Source: Piromyces finnis finn (taxonomy: Eukaryota > Fungi > Neocallimastigomycota). Taken from it: a DNA stretch of 64,000 bases. The translations under genes and the position numbers were made by a program. The first letter of the stretch is position 1, and every line of letters starts with the position of its first letter. Of the stretch, positions 13,642 to 27,600 are shown in pieces. The stretch covers positions 345,027 through 409,026 of the forward strand of contig MCFH01000050.1 of NCBI GenBank assembly GCA_002104945.1. Reading direction: 5' to 3'. The notes under the pieces were generated by a model. That model saw only the letters and a list, made by a program, of their open reading frames with translations. It searched no databases and was not told where the DNA came from.

Positions 13642-16340
13642 TTTTTTTTTTTCTAAATTAAAAAACTTGTTTTCAATATAAATTCAGTGTTTTAACTAAA
13701 AAAAATCTTGATATATTCATTACTTTTACTAAAAGTCTAATTTTCAATATATATATATATCTAGTAGGATATTATAGTTGAATTACAATACTAATGAATG
13801 AATGAAATAACAATTTATTTATATACTATTTTAATAATTTTAATAAATAAATAAAATATATGTTTTAAAGATAAATATATATTTAATATGAATTAATACT
13901 ATTCCAGAATAAATTAACTTTAATAATTTGAATGTTATCTTTGAGTTTTCTATTTTAAATTATAAACGTTTTAATTTCAATGCCAACTGTTTTCTCTTTA
14001 AAAAAATTTTTTTATTTAATGACTACTACTTTGAATAATATTGACGTATTTCTAATAAAACATTTTTATTTTTTTTCTCGTATTGTAGTTTAAAAGAGTA
14101 ATAATTAGTAGGATAAATTTTAATTTGACATGTATTATTTTATGAAACTAATAATTTTTTTGTAAGCATTATATATTGACCATAACATAAATATTATAAC
14201 ATTTGTCTATTTAATTAATGATTAGTAAATAAAGTTTATAAAAAAAATTTATAAAAAAAAAAAAGCAATAAATTTATATGAATATATTATACTATTTTTA
14301 TAATATATTTGACTATTCTCTTTTTGTCATTAAATAAAAATAAGCTGATTTTAAATAATTAATAATAAAGTATTATAAATTTTATAATTTATTAGAATAA
14401 TCTAAGATATTTCAATCGTATTGTACTTTTTTTTTTTTCTATAACATTTATAAATGCTTTGACAAAAAAAAAAAAGTTTAAAAAAAAAAAACTTACCTCC
14501 TCCTATTTATATAATGTGTATTTTACATACTTTAATATATTGATATTTGATAGATTAATTAAAATCTTATTGGATAATAAATTATTTTCTAAAGCTATAA
14601 ATCCTAAAAAATTACAACATAATTAAATAATTAAACCATTGAGTAACCAAAAAAAAAAAAAATCTTTAATTAAAAAAAAATGATATTACAATTCTATTTT
14701 ATAATATATTAAAGTATAGGTTTATAATATTTTTTGAATTCCAATTGTATGGAAATCAAAAAAACTTTATTTATTATGAAAAATAATATGATGAAACATG
14801 AAAAAAGATTATTGGAAAAGTAAATTGAAAAAAAGATTAATTCTTAAAAATCAATAATAATCATACTCTTTTTTTTTATCATATATATAGAAAAGTAGAA
14901 TTTACTTATTTTTCGATGAAAAAAAAAACTTTGGTTGATTTATAACTATTTTATAAATGCATGTAGGTAATAGATATATAAATATTTTAAAAAGCACACT
15001 GTACATGAATTACTTTATATCATTATTTATTAGTAAAGCTAATGATTAAATATATTGAATATATTGGTTTTATTATCCACTTTTTTAAAAATGTTTTTAT
15101 GTAATTCTTATAATTTAATTAAAATATATTAAAGTATAATGATAATATATAAAGGTTTAATTAAATTTAAATGTTTTTGATAGAAAAAATCATAAAATTC
15201 TGGCTCGTTCACCTAAAAACTGCTACATTAAAAAAGTTTGATATATTTATATTTATTTATATATTATTCATATATTATTTATTTATTTTCTACATATAAT
15301 ATTTATGTATTATTTATTTATTATTTATATTTTTATGTTATTTAATATATATTTGTTTATATATCTTTTATATACGCTATTTGTTTTTTTTTATGTAACA
15401 TATATAAAAATTGACTTTATATATATCAACAATTATAAATATATATGTAATTCTTTATACTGTAATATATCCTTTTAAATATATATATCTATCAATACAA
15501 AAAAAATAAGATAAATATTAAAAGAATATTAAAAACTTTATTAATAATATAAATGGATTTAATATAATTTATCATAATATATTATTTCATAACTTAATTT
15601 ATTATATATATTTATATTATATATTTTATATATTATTTATTTATAAATATTTATTACATATTTTATTATATATTAAATATTTTATATTTTATTGTAATAT
15701 AATTAATTATATAATTTATTATATAGGTTATATATTATATACTTTTAAACATTCTATTGCAGTATAAGGTTACTATATATTTCTATATTATTTTATTATA
15801 TATAAATTATATATCAGTATTATATTAGGTTTTCTAAATAATTTATGAATGAATCGAGGAAATGCTAAAAAAAAAATGTAAAAAATAGTAAAAAAGTAAA
15901 AGGTTCAAAATCCCTTTTAGAAAGGCCCATTAAAATATAAACAAAAAAGCAGGTCCAATTTTATTATTTTAAGTAACATTTAAACTATTTTTTTAACTTT
16001 TTATTAGTTAAAATATTAGAAATTTTATGGAATGACCAGATTTATGGTAAAACAATGACCGAGCTAAAAAAAAAAAAATCATTTAAAAAGGTAAAAAAAA
16101 AAGGTTTACATTTTATTTCTCTTTTTTTAATTTTCCAAAGAAATTGGAATATTACCCTTAAGGTAGGTATTTCTTTTTTTTTTTAAAGTATTTTTAAACC
16201 ACCCTTCTATATAGTTTCCAAAAAGGTTAGTTTATTCTTTTTATTAAGAATTTTAAATATTTATGTAGTATATATATGTTTCATAACAAAAAGAAAAAAG
16301 GACAAAAGTAAAAAAAAAAATGTTAAGAAATTCTAAAATC

Positions 16341-16372
<32 letters not shown>

Positions 16373-16635
16373 CATTTCTCAAAATGAAATTTGAATTTTC
16401 ATTTAATAAATTTAGAACCATTTCAAGTTAATTAAAAAAAAATTGGGAATAATTAAACTTGGAAATTAAAAAACTCAATTTTATAATTAAAAAAAAATAA
16501 ATTAATATATTGCCAAAGTATAAACAAAAATAATTTTAATTTCTCATTTCTCTGATAATAAATTTATTTAAAAAATAATGAATCTATTCATTTATTTAAT
16601 GACTAAATTATTTTTTAGTAAAATTCCTAATAAAA

Positions 16636-16638
16636 TAT

Positions 16639-16693
<55 letters not shown>

Positions 16694-16694
16694 T
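16636..16694. repeat. (ATTT)n microsatellite
   Basis: Directly visible. Confidence 0.95.
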
Positions 16695-18477
16695 CTTCTT
16701 CTATTCTTCTATGGCAATATTTTTACAAAAGAAAAAAATTAAATTTAAATAAAACTATTTAATAGAATATACTACAATATATCAATAAATATATTAAATA
16801 AAATTTTTTAATTTCATTCACCAAAAAAAAAATAAAAATAAAATTGACAACGCAATATTGATTAAAAAAATGTGGATACATTTTAAGACAATTTCATTAT
16901 CCTTTTTTTATAATTAACATTAATTATTATTGAATTAATCCACATTTTCCATAAATTATTATAAATTATTATAAATTTGAAATTACAATCCTATTTAAAT
17001 TATAAAATATTTATTTATATATTATCTCAATTTAATAAATGTAATATATTATTTTCCATTTAATATTTATTAAAAAAGAAATGTCAAATTACAATTTATC
17101 TTTGGTTCTGTTGATTTAAAAAAAAAAAAAAGGGGGAAACCTTTTAATTTCAAAAAAGGAAATGGTGTCATTAGATAAACTATTCCAATGAAAAATAAAT
17201 GAAAAAAATATATATTTATTATTTTCATATCTTTATATATATATAATAAAAAAAATTTGATATATATATGATTCATATATAATTTTACATTAAATTTACA
17301 TGAAGTCAATGAAAACAAAAAACAAAAAAAAAAAGTAAATTAAATAATAAATTATTAATATATTATTTATAAAGCAGAAAATTTTTTTCAATATCTAATA
17401 TATTATATTAATATAATTGTAACCATTTTAATTATCTTTAAAATTAATTTATTTTGAATTATTATGATAAATATATATGAAAATAAAAGCATTAATAAAA
17501 AAGGTATAAATAGGTAAGTAGTATAATAAAAATTTTAAAAATATAAAATGTATATAAAAAAAAAGGTTTACTTTATATAATAATAATAGTAATAATTAAA
17601 AATATATTTATATATATTATATGATATAAAAATTTCATTATTAAAGAAAGAAATTTTACTTGGTTTTTTATTTAGCTCTAATACAACTCAATGTTTAACA
17701 ATAATTATAAAAATATAAATATAAATATATTATTAATTATATTATATTTATTTTTTATAGGAACAATAAATAAATTTAAAAAGATATATACTGAAAAAAT
17801 AAATTATTAAAAATATAAAGGTTAAAATTTCAAAAAAATTATTAAAAATATAGATTAAAATTTCAAAAAACTTTTTGAAATAGAATAATTTTTAATACGT
17901 ATTTATCATTTTTTATAAATATAATGTAAAATATATATATATATCAAATGATGTTAAATTTAGAATTATTATAAAAGTTTTTAAAAAAAAAATATTAATA
18001 ATTTACTTGAATTCTTTTTTTTTTTTATCCTTATGTATAGTTATAATGAAAATAAAGTATTAGAAAAAGAAATATTAAATATTAAAATTCATTCTAACTC
18101 TACAAATAAAAATGGTTAGTTTACTATAATAATTATTTGTTCAACGAAAAATAATATTAGTTTACTAAATATATATATTCAAATTCTTTCTTATTTAAAA
18201 AAAAAAGGCGGCACTAATAATATCTATAAAAAAAAAAAAAATTGTGAAATTACTATTTGGGTAATTCTTTCTATTCTTTTAAACAAGCTTTTTTAAAAAA
18301 AAGAATATAAGGTTTGCTTAAATAACATTACCAATAACCCATAAACTAAAACATTCCATTACCAGAATATATTAATTTTGTCTCCTGATATATCAAAAAA
18401 AAAATCTATAATATACTCTCCAAAATTAAAATATAATGGGGATATCTTTTTTTTTATCCATTATAATAACCTGTTTA

Positions 18478-18491
18478 TATTATTTATTTAT

Positions 18492-18522
<31 letters not shown>

Positions 18523-18720
18523 TTTAATTATTTATTTAATTAATTAATTATTTATTTATTTATTTATTTATTTATATATATATATATATTTATTTATTAT
18601 TTATTTATTTATTTATATATTTATTTATTTATTATTTATTTATTTATTTATTTATTATTTATTTATTTAGTTAGTTAGTTAGTTATTTATTTATTTATTT
18701 ATATATATATATATTTATTT

Positions 18721-18800
<80 letters not shown>
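18478..18800. repeat. Compound (TTAG)n/(ATTT)n/(AT)n microsatellite with higher-order duplication
   Basis: The (TTAG)n block occurs three times and the (ATTT)n-(AT)n block twice. Confidence 0.9.
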
Positions 18801-19579
18801 TTTGCTATTTATATTTTTTCCTTATATTTCTTTACAAAGTTTTTTTGATTGATTTAAAAATAAAAAACCAAAAAAAAAAAAAAAAAAAAAGACTTTGAAT
18901 GACAATAATGTACATTTTGTTTTTCTTTTTTTTAATTAAATTTATAATTCATTAAAAATATTATTATGAAAGAATATTCTTTCCATCAACATCAATATAT
19001 AATATAATAATTTAAATATATAAAAAAATAAAAATTATTTAAAGCTTTTTAAATGTAAATATTAAATACTAAAGAAATTATTTAATATATTTTATCTAAT
19101 GATTACCTTATTTAAAAAAGTGCATATAATGTACTACATTCTTTAATAATATAATTTTAATAGGAAAATATATATAATAATAATAATAATAAATAAGTAT
19201 AAATAAGGTTTAATTCTTTTTTTTTTCATAATAATAATAACACTAATAATGAACAGCAATAATTTTTTTTTCACCCTTTAACGAAAATTAAAAAGTTTTT
19301 AAAAAAAAAGCATAGACCTTATATAATCCTATTCCATAAATAATTATACTATTTTAGTTTAATATAAAAGCAAATAAATGAATAAATTAAGCAAATTTAT
19401 TTGTAATTCATTTATTTGTGCTATTGTATTATACTCTATATAAAAAAGTATCTTATTATATAGAATATCAACACTCTTCATGAATTATTTATAAAATATA
19501 AATATATATTTATTCATAAATTATAAATCATTAAAAAAAAAAAAGGATAATTAAAATTATTATAATAAAATAGAGTAAT

Positions 19580-19985
19580 ATGAATGACCAGAATAGTATT
19601 TTAGATAGGATTAAAGAATTTATACAATTTTATGACAAAGCTGTTTTAAGGAAAACCAAATAGACTCCAGGAATATTAAAAATTTTAATGATATCTTAAT
19701 ATTTCTATAAAAGCAAAGGTTTCGCTAGATACTATTCAATTTTTACTTAATCAACGACACGATAAAAATTTAAATTTTATTAATAATAAAAATGAAACCT
19801 CATTGGAATAGATGGTAAAAAGAAAAAAAAAAAAAAAAAAATACTTGATCTAGATTTATTTCAATATCATAACTAGTTGATTTTGACATAAATCAATATT
19901 CATGGGAAAATTCATATTATTCCTACATTAAGGCTATATCAAATAATAATATTGAAATTATTGAACTATTAACAAATTATATATA
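19580..19985 (+). pseudogene. Ankyrin-repeat protein pseudogene
   Basis: ATG at 19580. Across frameshifts and stops it reads MNDQNSILDRIKEFIQFYDK../KENQIDSRNIKNFNDILIFL/IKAKVSLDTIQFLLNQRHDKNLNFINNKNETSLE*.../DINQYSWENSYYSYIKAISNNNIEIIELLTNY, which ends in an ankyrin helix-turn-helix motif. Confidence 0.6.
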
Positions 19986-20324
19986 TTATATATATATATA
20001 AAATCATTATTAAAACTTTAAAAAAAATAAAATAAAATGGTTTATGATATATGACCTTTAATGATATATTTTTTTAAATTTTATAATTTTTTTAAATTAA
20101 ATATTTAATATCTATATATATTATTTAATTTAATTAAATTGGTGAATAAAGGTTTATTATCTATTTTTTATTTTTTAATTTCTGTATTTTTTTAAAAAAA
20201 AAATACAGAATTTATAAATTACATAAATTATTTTAAAAACCCACAGTTTTTAATAGTATTTATTAATACTTTAGATTTTATTCTAAAAAATTTTATAATA
20301 TATAAATTAAATATTTAGGCTATA

Positions 20325-23277
20325 TCAAGAGCAATCAATCATAATGTTGGAATAGTCAATATCCATCATATCATCTAAAACCTTACCATTAACAAAAAGA
20401 TGCATTCTTTTTATAGTAGTAATACTATTCATGTCGGAGGAATACGATTTGCTCTTTTGATCAACAAAGACTTTATTTTGTTTTAACCATTCTTTCTCAA
20501 TAAAATGTTGTAATGAACGCTGACTAAATAAATCAATTCGTATTGTTTTATAGTCAATATTACCCTTTAAAATTTTATAAAATATAATATATATTTATCA
20601 ATAAGAGTATTAATATTATTTGACAATAGAATTATTATATGTATATATATATATATATATTATTTTTAAAAAATACATGTTCAAAGGATGCTTTTATATT
20701 AAATAGTTCTGGCTCATAGACAAGTATTTCTTGACCAATTAACTCAAAATTGTTGTTTAAATTATATATACTTAAAGCAATATAATGATTTGTTTCATCC
20801 ACTGCGATAAAAGATCTTTTCATATAAAAATAATTAAAAAAAATAAATATAAATTATATAGTATAAACTATTAATGTCTTTTAAATATATATATATATAC
20901 CTATTGTAACCAAAAATCGAAGTAACCTCACTAATAATTCTTAATCTGATACATTTGTTGTTATTTTTTCCATTTTTTAATGACGAAATCATTAAAGATT
21001 CAAACTCCACTTCATCTTTTCTATCATCCTGCTTAGTTATTTCATTATCATTATTAAAATCTGGATTACTTTTGTCAATGCATTGCTTAAATGGATTATC
21101 TCTTCCCCATTCAATTTTCAAAAAATATTTATCTTTTATGTTACACTAAAATATGAAGTATGAAAAAACAAAAATGGAAAAAGCCAATATAAAGTATTAG
21201 TTATGAATAAAATTGTTGTATAATTTATAAAAGTTCAATTATTATTTTATATTGTACGGTTATATTACTTTATTTTTTATTAATAATGACATTTTTTCTA
21301 AATACTGTTCTATTTTCTTTATTTTCTTTATATTTTTTTGAAACAGTTCTTCTAACGACGTAGAAAGAAATTGATCCTGTTTATACACTTTTTCTTGTAT
21401 ATATTTATTAATAAGTTTAAGATCATTTATACCATTTTGATAATTTTCCATATATAAATTAGTCTTTAAAATAAATTGTATTAGAATTTAAAGAAAATTA
21501 TAAAGATATATATAAAGTATCGAAAAAATATCAAATATATCCATGAATTATATATAATACCGTCAATTTATTTAATAGAATGTCTAAACTTTCTTCTTTA
21601 GAACAATGAGAAAACTAAATAATAATGTTATATATAAAATATGAAAAATATATATAATAATTCTTCTTTTATATAATAAATTATAAACCTACTTACTGCT
21701 ATTGTATATGCCTTCAATGAATTTCTTAAATCATTAATATCTCTAGTAATATTGAAAAAATTTTCTAAATAAGTTATACCTAAAGAAGCTATTTATTTTA
21801 TATTATTATATATCAATATATAAATATCAAAATGGAAATAAAATAAAAAAAAAGCATTTATAACTTAGATAATTTAAAATACTTACCCCATGAAGAACTA
21901 TTTTTAATATTATATTGTATAGATTTTTTTGATAATTCTATACTTTTTTCAATATTCCCTTTATATTCTAGATAATCTTTAAAAAAAATTTAAAAATATT
22001 AAAATGAATATAAATAAAAAAATAATAAAAAATAAAAAAGAATAACAAAATAACAAAATAATTATGATCAATGTATATTATATGTACTAGTTTTTATTTT
22101 TCGAAGTGTTAATGCCATATTATTCAATGTTTTTTCTGTTGGTTTCTTTTAAATATTGTCATTATCATATATATATAACATATATATTTTATTTATAAAT
22201 ATATTAAAAAAAATTAAGCATTAATATATTATCATTATTAATAAATATTTAAAATACAAGTTTAATATTCAATGAATATATTAAACTTACTATTTTCATA
22301 GCTCTATCAAGACAATGTTTAGCCAAAGTTAATTCAAGATTTGATGAAAATGTATTTGTTTTTGCTTAATAATTATTTTTTTAAAAAATATATATATATA
22401 TATATATATAAATATATATATTATTATTCATTTTTATATTTATCAATAAGATGATGTTGTTGTTGTTGTTTTATCAGAATAATAATTATTATATACTATT
22501 ATTACTTTTATTAAATGATTGATGATCCTCCGTTGAATTAAGTTTTTTTTTTAAAAGATGTTTTTTTAAATAACATTCTGCTAATTCTGACCAAGCTTCT
22601 GAAAGTAGTGGATTTAATTTAACAGCCATGGATAAATTCTTTTCTGATAAATGATGAAAATGATCAAATATATTGTAAAGATAACCTCTTAAATAATAAT
22701 AATAAGCTTTTTGTTCATTAGAAAGGGTTGGATCAAACGTATGATAGGATAAATGTATATCAAAAGGTTTTATATTTAATTTTTCTTTTTCAACGATCCA
22801 ATCTTTATCATTTTCAATGTCGAAATCATTTAAATACTTTTGAATTGTTTTTATTATATAATCACTATTTAAATTATCTTTTTTCTTATTCTCCGTTTGA
22901 CCTATTTTCTCTTCTCAATAAATGAATTTTAGCATAGAAATAATATCAATAATAATGATAATGATAATAATAAAATATGTTGATTTAATTCCTTAAAAAC
23001 TAACTATATATATATAGTATATAGTAAGGTATTCATAAATTTAAATAAATTTAAAAAGTTTTTCAATAATACTTTGGATTTTTTCGGGAATAAAAGGATG
23101 AATCCATCGTTTTGTTGGGAATTTAGTTAAAAAATCAAAAATATAAAGAATAATGTTCACATTAACTATCTTTCCTTTTGATGATAATTTAGGATATTCT
23201 AAATAAAGTTCTTGTATCATATGGTGTATAGCATCCGCATGTGTAGAAAAATCTAATGTTGGTGTTGTAAAATACAT
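20325..23277 (-). CDS. TTC5: Tetratricopeptide repeat protein 5 (TPR array plus C-terminal OB fold), multi-exon
   Basis: Exons encode KAYYYYLRGYLYNIFDHFHHLSEKNLSMAVKLNPLLSEAWSELAECYLKK, EKTLNNMALTLRK, KSIELSKKSIQYNIKNSSSW, YNLGITYL, and the OB-like ISSLKNGKN..RSFIAVDETNHYIALSIYNL..IGQEILVYEP..YKTIRID..LFVNGK. These are collinear with animal TTC5 as I recall it. The start codon is tentative; the stop TGA is at 20325-20327. Confidence 0.85.
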
Positions 23278-23796
23278 CTTAATTTTCAATAAAAAAAAAA
23301 ATCAAATTAGGTCTTAATCAATAGATCAATTTTTATTTTTCTTTTTTTTTTTTTTTTTTTTTTTTTTTTCTCCTTCCTGGTACTTCTTTATTATTATATT
23401 AAAAAAATGAAAAAAAAAAAAAAAAAAAAAAAAATTTCTTTTTTAAAATTTTTACATTTAAAGTTTAAAAAGAATAAAAAAAACTACTCCGAACTATATT
23501 TCGAAAAATAATAATAAATATATATTATCTCTATAGTTATTAACAAAAAAAAAAAAAAGGTGTGACAATGAGAAAAAAATAATAATAATAATACTTTATT
23601 ATTATTAAGATTTTGTTATAACATCTTGAATTTTTTTATTTTGTTTTATTTTTTTTTCTTTTTTTCTTTTATTTGTTTATTTATTCAATTCTATATGTAT
23701 TATAGTTTTATTTGTATTTAATTTATAAAAAGAAAATATATAAAAATAAAATAGAATAATAAAAAAGAATATATATATATATATAAAAAAAAAAGC

Positions 23797-23863
<67 letters not shown>
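23797..23863. repeat. (ATT)n microsatellite
   Basis: Directly visible. Confidence 0.95.
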
Positions 23864-23994
23864 TATATACTATTTTGTTTTTGTTGTTTTGTTTTTTTGC
23901 TTTTTTTACTAGTTTTGTTTTATTTTGCGTTGTTTGTTTGTTTACCTGCTTGCTTGATTTTGTTTTATTTTGTTTTTTTATCCTAATTGCTCGA

Positions 23995-24159
23995 TATTTT
24001 ATTTATTTATTATTTATTTATTTATTATTTATTTATTTATTTATTATTTATTTATTTATTTATTTATTATTTATTTATTTATTATTTATTTATTTATTTA
24101 TTTATTATTTATTTATTTATTTATTATTTATTATTTATTTATTTATTTATTATTTATTT

Positions 24160-24191
<32 letters not shown>

Positions 24192-24196
24192 TTTTT

Positions 24197-24257
<61 letters not shown>

Positions 24258-24258
24258 T
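23995..24258. repeat. Long degenerate (ATTT/ATT)n microsatellite
   Basis: Directly visible; generates three spurious F/I/Y/L ORFs. Confidence 0.95.
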
Positions 24259-24688
24259 TTGATTATTTTCATTTGCTAGTAAATAAAAACATTTAAAGAA
24301 AAAAAAAATTGTAATATGTAATATATATCTTAAGGCAGTAAATAAATATTAATTAAAAATATGGGTTGAAATATATATATATATATGTTATATGTTATGA
24401 TATTGTAACTTATTAAAGTTTTTCTTTTTTTTTTTTTTTATTAAAAAAAAAATATAAACTTTAAATTCTATAAATGAACAAACTTTATCAAAAAAGATTT
24501 ATAGCCTTGTTCATCTTACATACCCTCATCACACACATATATAAATAATAAAAAATAAAATAAAAGGTAATACTTTATAATAAAGAAATAAAATATTTTA
24601 AAATGTGTGTAGTTGACAAATATTTATTAAAAACTGGGTTTAATTTATGTTGTTGTAATATATGGAATGTTATTAATAATGATAAGAA

Positions 24689-27600
24689 TTAAAGTTTGGC
24701 TAAAAGATCACCAGATCTAATTAAAATTCTTTGAAGTGCTAACTTCATCTTAAGATTATAGTCTTGTTCATCAGATATACCATCACTATCGGTAGTAAAG
24801 TCTCTAATATCAGATTTTACATAATTTATATTTGGATATATAACAAATGCAACGGTATTAATAATATCTGGATACATATTCTTAATATGCTTTTCAAACT
24901 GAAAAATATGATGAAAAAAAAAAAATTAGTTTTATTTTAATTATAGCATAAACTTTATATCTTATAAATTGCTCTCTTTAATTGATATTAAAAAAAAAAA
25001 AAAGGAATAATAATAATAGTTACTTTATCATCTGGGAATTCACTGATAGTATTTAAAATCTTTACTACAATTGGTTTCCATGAACGAATATTTCTCTTCT
25101 TAGTTTTATAATCTAAAGAGTTGTAAGTTCTTAAAATACTCATACATAATCTATTTAAATAACATAAAAAAAAAAAGATGATAATTAATTTTTAATTATG
25201 TCATTCAACAATAAAAAAAAAAAAAAAGAAAGAAAAAATAACAAAGCATCAACTTACGGAACTAATTTTTCTTCAATGTATTCCTTGTTAATATCATGAT
25301 CTGGGTTTTGATCAAGATACATTCTTAAAAGAAGAGATATAGTAGCTGAAACAGAGGTAGTTTCTTGATTTAATAAATTTGGTATTTGAGTCATAAAACC
25401 TTTAAAATAAAAATAAAATATATAAATATGTATTAGATTGGTTATTTTTTTTTTTTTTTTCATATTACTTATTTCATTCCTTTTAAAAATAAATATATTT
25501 ATATAAAACTCAAATAGTCATACCTCCATAATACAAAGCTAAACGTAATTCTGCATTATTATTAAAGTCTCTGGAACGAACATAACTATCTGTTAAGCAA
25601 TTTAACATAGCATAAATATGTTCAGAACTGAACTTATCATAAAGTTCGATCTTACCATTAATAATACTATTCAAAGTACGAACAAGCATTAATTGTAAGA
25701 TACATTTAATAATAATTTGATGGAATGCACGTTCATTAAGTCTCTTTTGATCCTCAGTGACTGGGGTTGGAAGATAACGATTAGAACTTGAAGAATCAAT
25801 AGAATTAATACTAGCACTTGAAGAATTGCCATGACTGCGTCCTAATAAATCTAATGGCTTTCTCTTCATATACATTTCCTTTAAAATGTTATTATATTCG
25901 GTGTCTGTGTCATCTCCACTATCAGAATTTTCTTCTTCTTCTTCTTCTTCTTCATTATCATCTTGTTCTATGATAGATTCATTTTCTTCTTCTTCTGATG
26001 GTAACTTTTTTATTGGAGTTTCCATAATTTCACTTTCTTCTTTTGCAGTTTCTTTATCTTCTTCCTTTTCTTCTTCTTTAACTTCTTCAGAAGTTTCGGC
26101 TTCTTCAAGAGTTTTAGATGGAGTTTCAGTTGTTGGAGTCTTATCATTATTTTCTTCATTGGTAACTGTAGCTTCTTTATTTTCTTCCTCTGGTTCACCA
26201 TTAATATCAGTTTCTTTCTTTGGTTCCTTTTCAGTAACTTTATCCTTCTTATTGGATTTCTCTCCCTTTCTTGCTTTCTTTCCCTTTCTCTTTCCTTTTC
26301 TTGCCTTCTTACCAAAACAGGCTTCAAACTCTTTTTCAAAACTTGTAATATCTGGAACAGAAGCCATTTGAGAATTGGATGGTTGAGGACCAGTAATTAA
26401 AGTACCATCAAATAAACTATATGGTGTAGTGGCATCAAATAAAATAAGAATGGATCTACAAACCTTTTCACATACTTTATCACTTAATTTATCAGTATTC
26501 ATTTCTAAAAATTCTTGTAAACATGTACTACCAATCTTTGATAGAATTTCATTCTCTTGAGTAATGAAAACACCTAATAATTCAAGGAGTTCATCTATTA
26601 AGAACTCGAATTTATCATAATAGTAGGAGAATAAATCAATGAAATTACGTAAAGCCTTGATTAAAGTTGTTGAAAGCCAAATATTCATTTCTTCACTATT
26701 AGCAAATTTTGTCTTTCTGGAACGAGTAAGCTTCAAATCATCAAAGATTGGGAAAAGAACACCACGAGTGATGACATTCCAGAAATCTTTAGAGAAGTTA
26801 TTACCATATTCTTTCAAGGTATCAAAAATGTAGTTTAAGGCTCTGGTTCTAACTTCAAGGTTACCCGTCATAATGATTTCATAGAAACCAAAAAGAATTG
26901 GGAACCAGAAACGGTAGGAAGGATCATCATTGACTAAAGTCAATGGACTAATTGGTTGATCATTCAAATGTTCTTCAACATTATAAATACCAATACCTGG
27001 ATGTTGCTCTTCTTCCTTAGTTTGAGAAGATGGAATATGAATGTCTGGACGAGTGTAACATAATTCTCTAACTGCTGGAGTACCAGAAAGTTCAATAATT
27101 AATGGAATGGTTTCCTTAATCATATTGACTGCTTGTAAACCAATTTGTTCAGATTTACGATTTTTGGCAAATGCAACGCAACAAGTGATGAAATCAGAGA
27201 AAGCATTGTTTTCAACAATAGTACTAAATTGTTCCTTATACACAGACTTGAGAATATCAAAAGACATCTTAATAATATTAAAGTTTTCTTGACTAGAGGA
27301 ATTTGAATCGGTGAAATTTTCTCTGGCAGCTTCAGTTAAAACACCAAGAATGGCCTTGTAACCAGAACGAATAGTGGTTAATTTGGCTTGAATCATTTGA
27401 AGAAGACAGGTTAAAACCATATCTTTAATAATAATGTTTTTAGTGTGAGCCATTGTATATTCAAATGGCTTTAAGAAATCTTTTTGGAACTTATAATTTG
27501 GTAATTCTTCCATTTCCAAGAATTTCATGGAAAGTTGACGTAACTTATCTAATGCAAACATACTTACAGTAATATTTTCATGGGAAGCAACTTGATTAAA

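Noticed and set aside
7447-17318. Short ORFs 7447-7668, 10878-11105, 11077-11313 and 17070-17318
   Set aside because: Low-complexity AT/microsatellite translations with no motif or splice support.
23875-24296. Three hydrophobic ORFs of 91-134 aa
   Set aside because: Translations of the (ATTT)n microsatellite.
25886-27292. Plus-strand ORFs and the alternate-frame ORF inside SEC7
   Set aside because: Antisense or off-frame shadows of the Sec7 exon.
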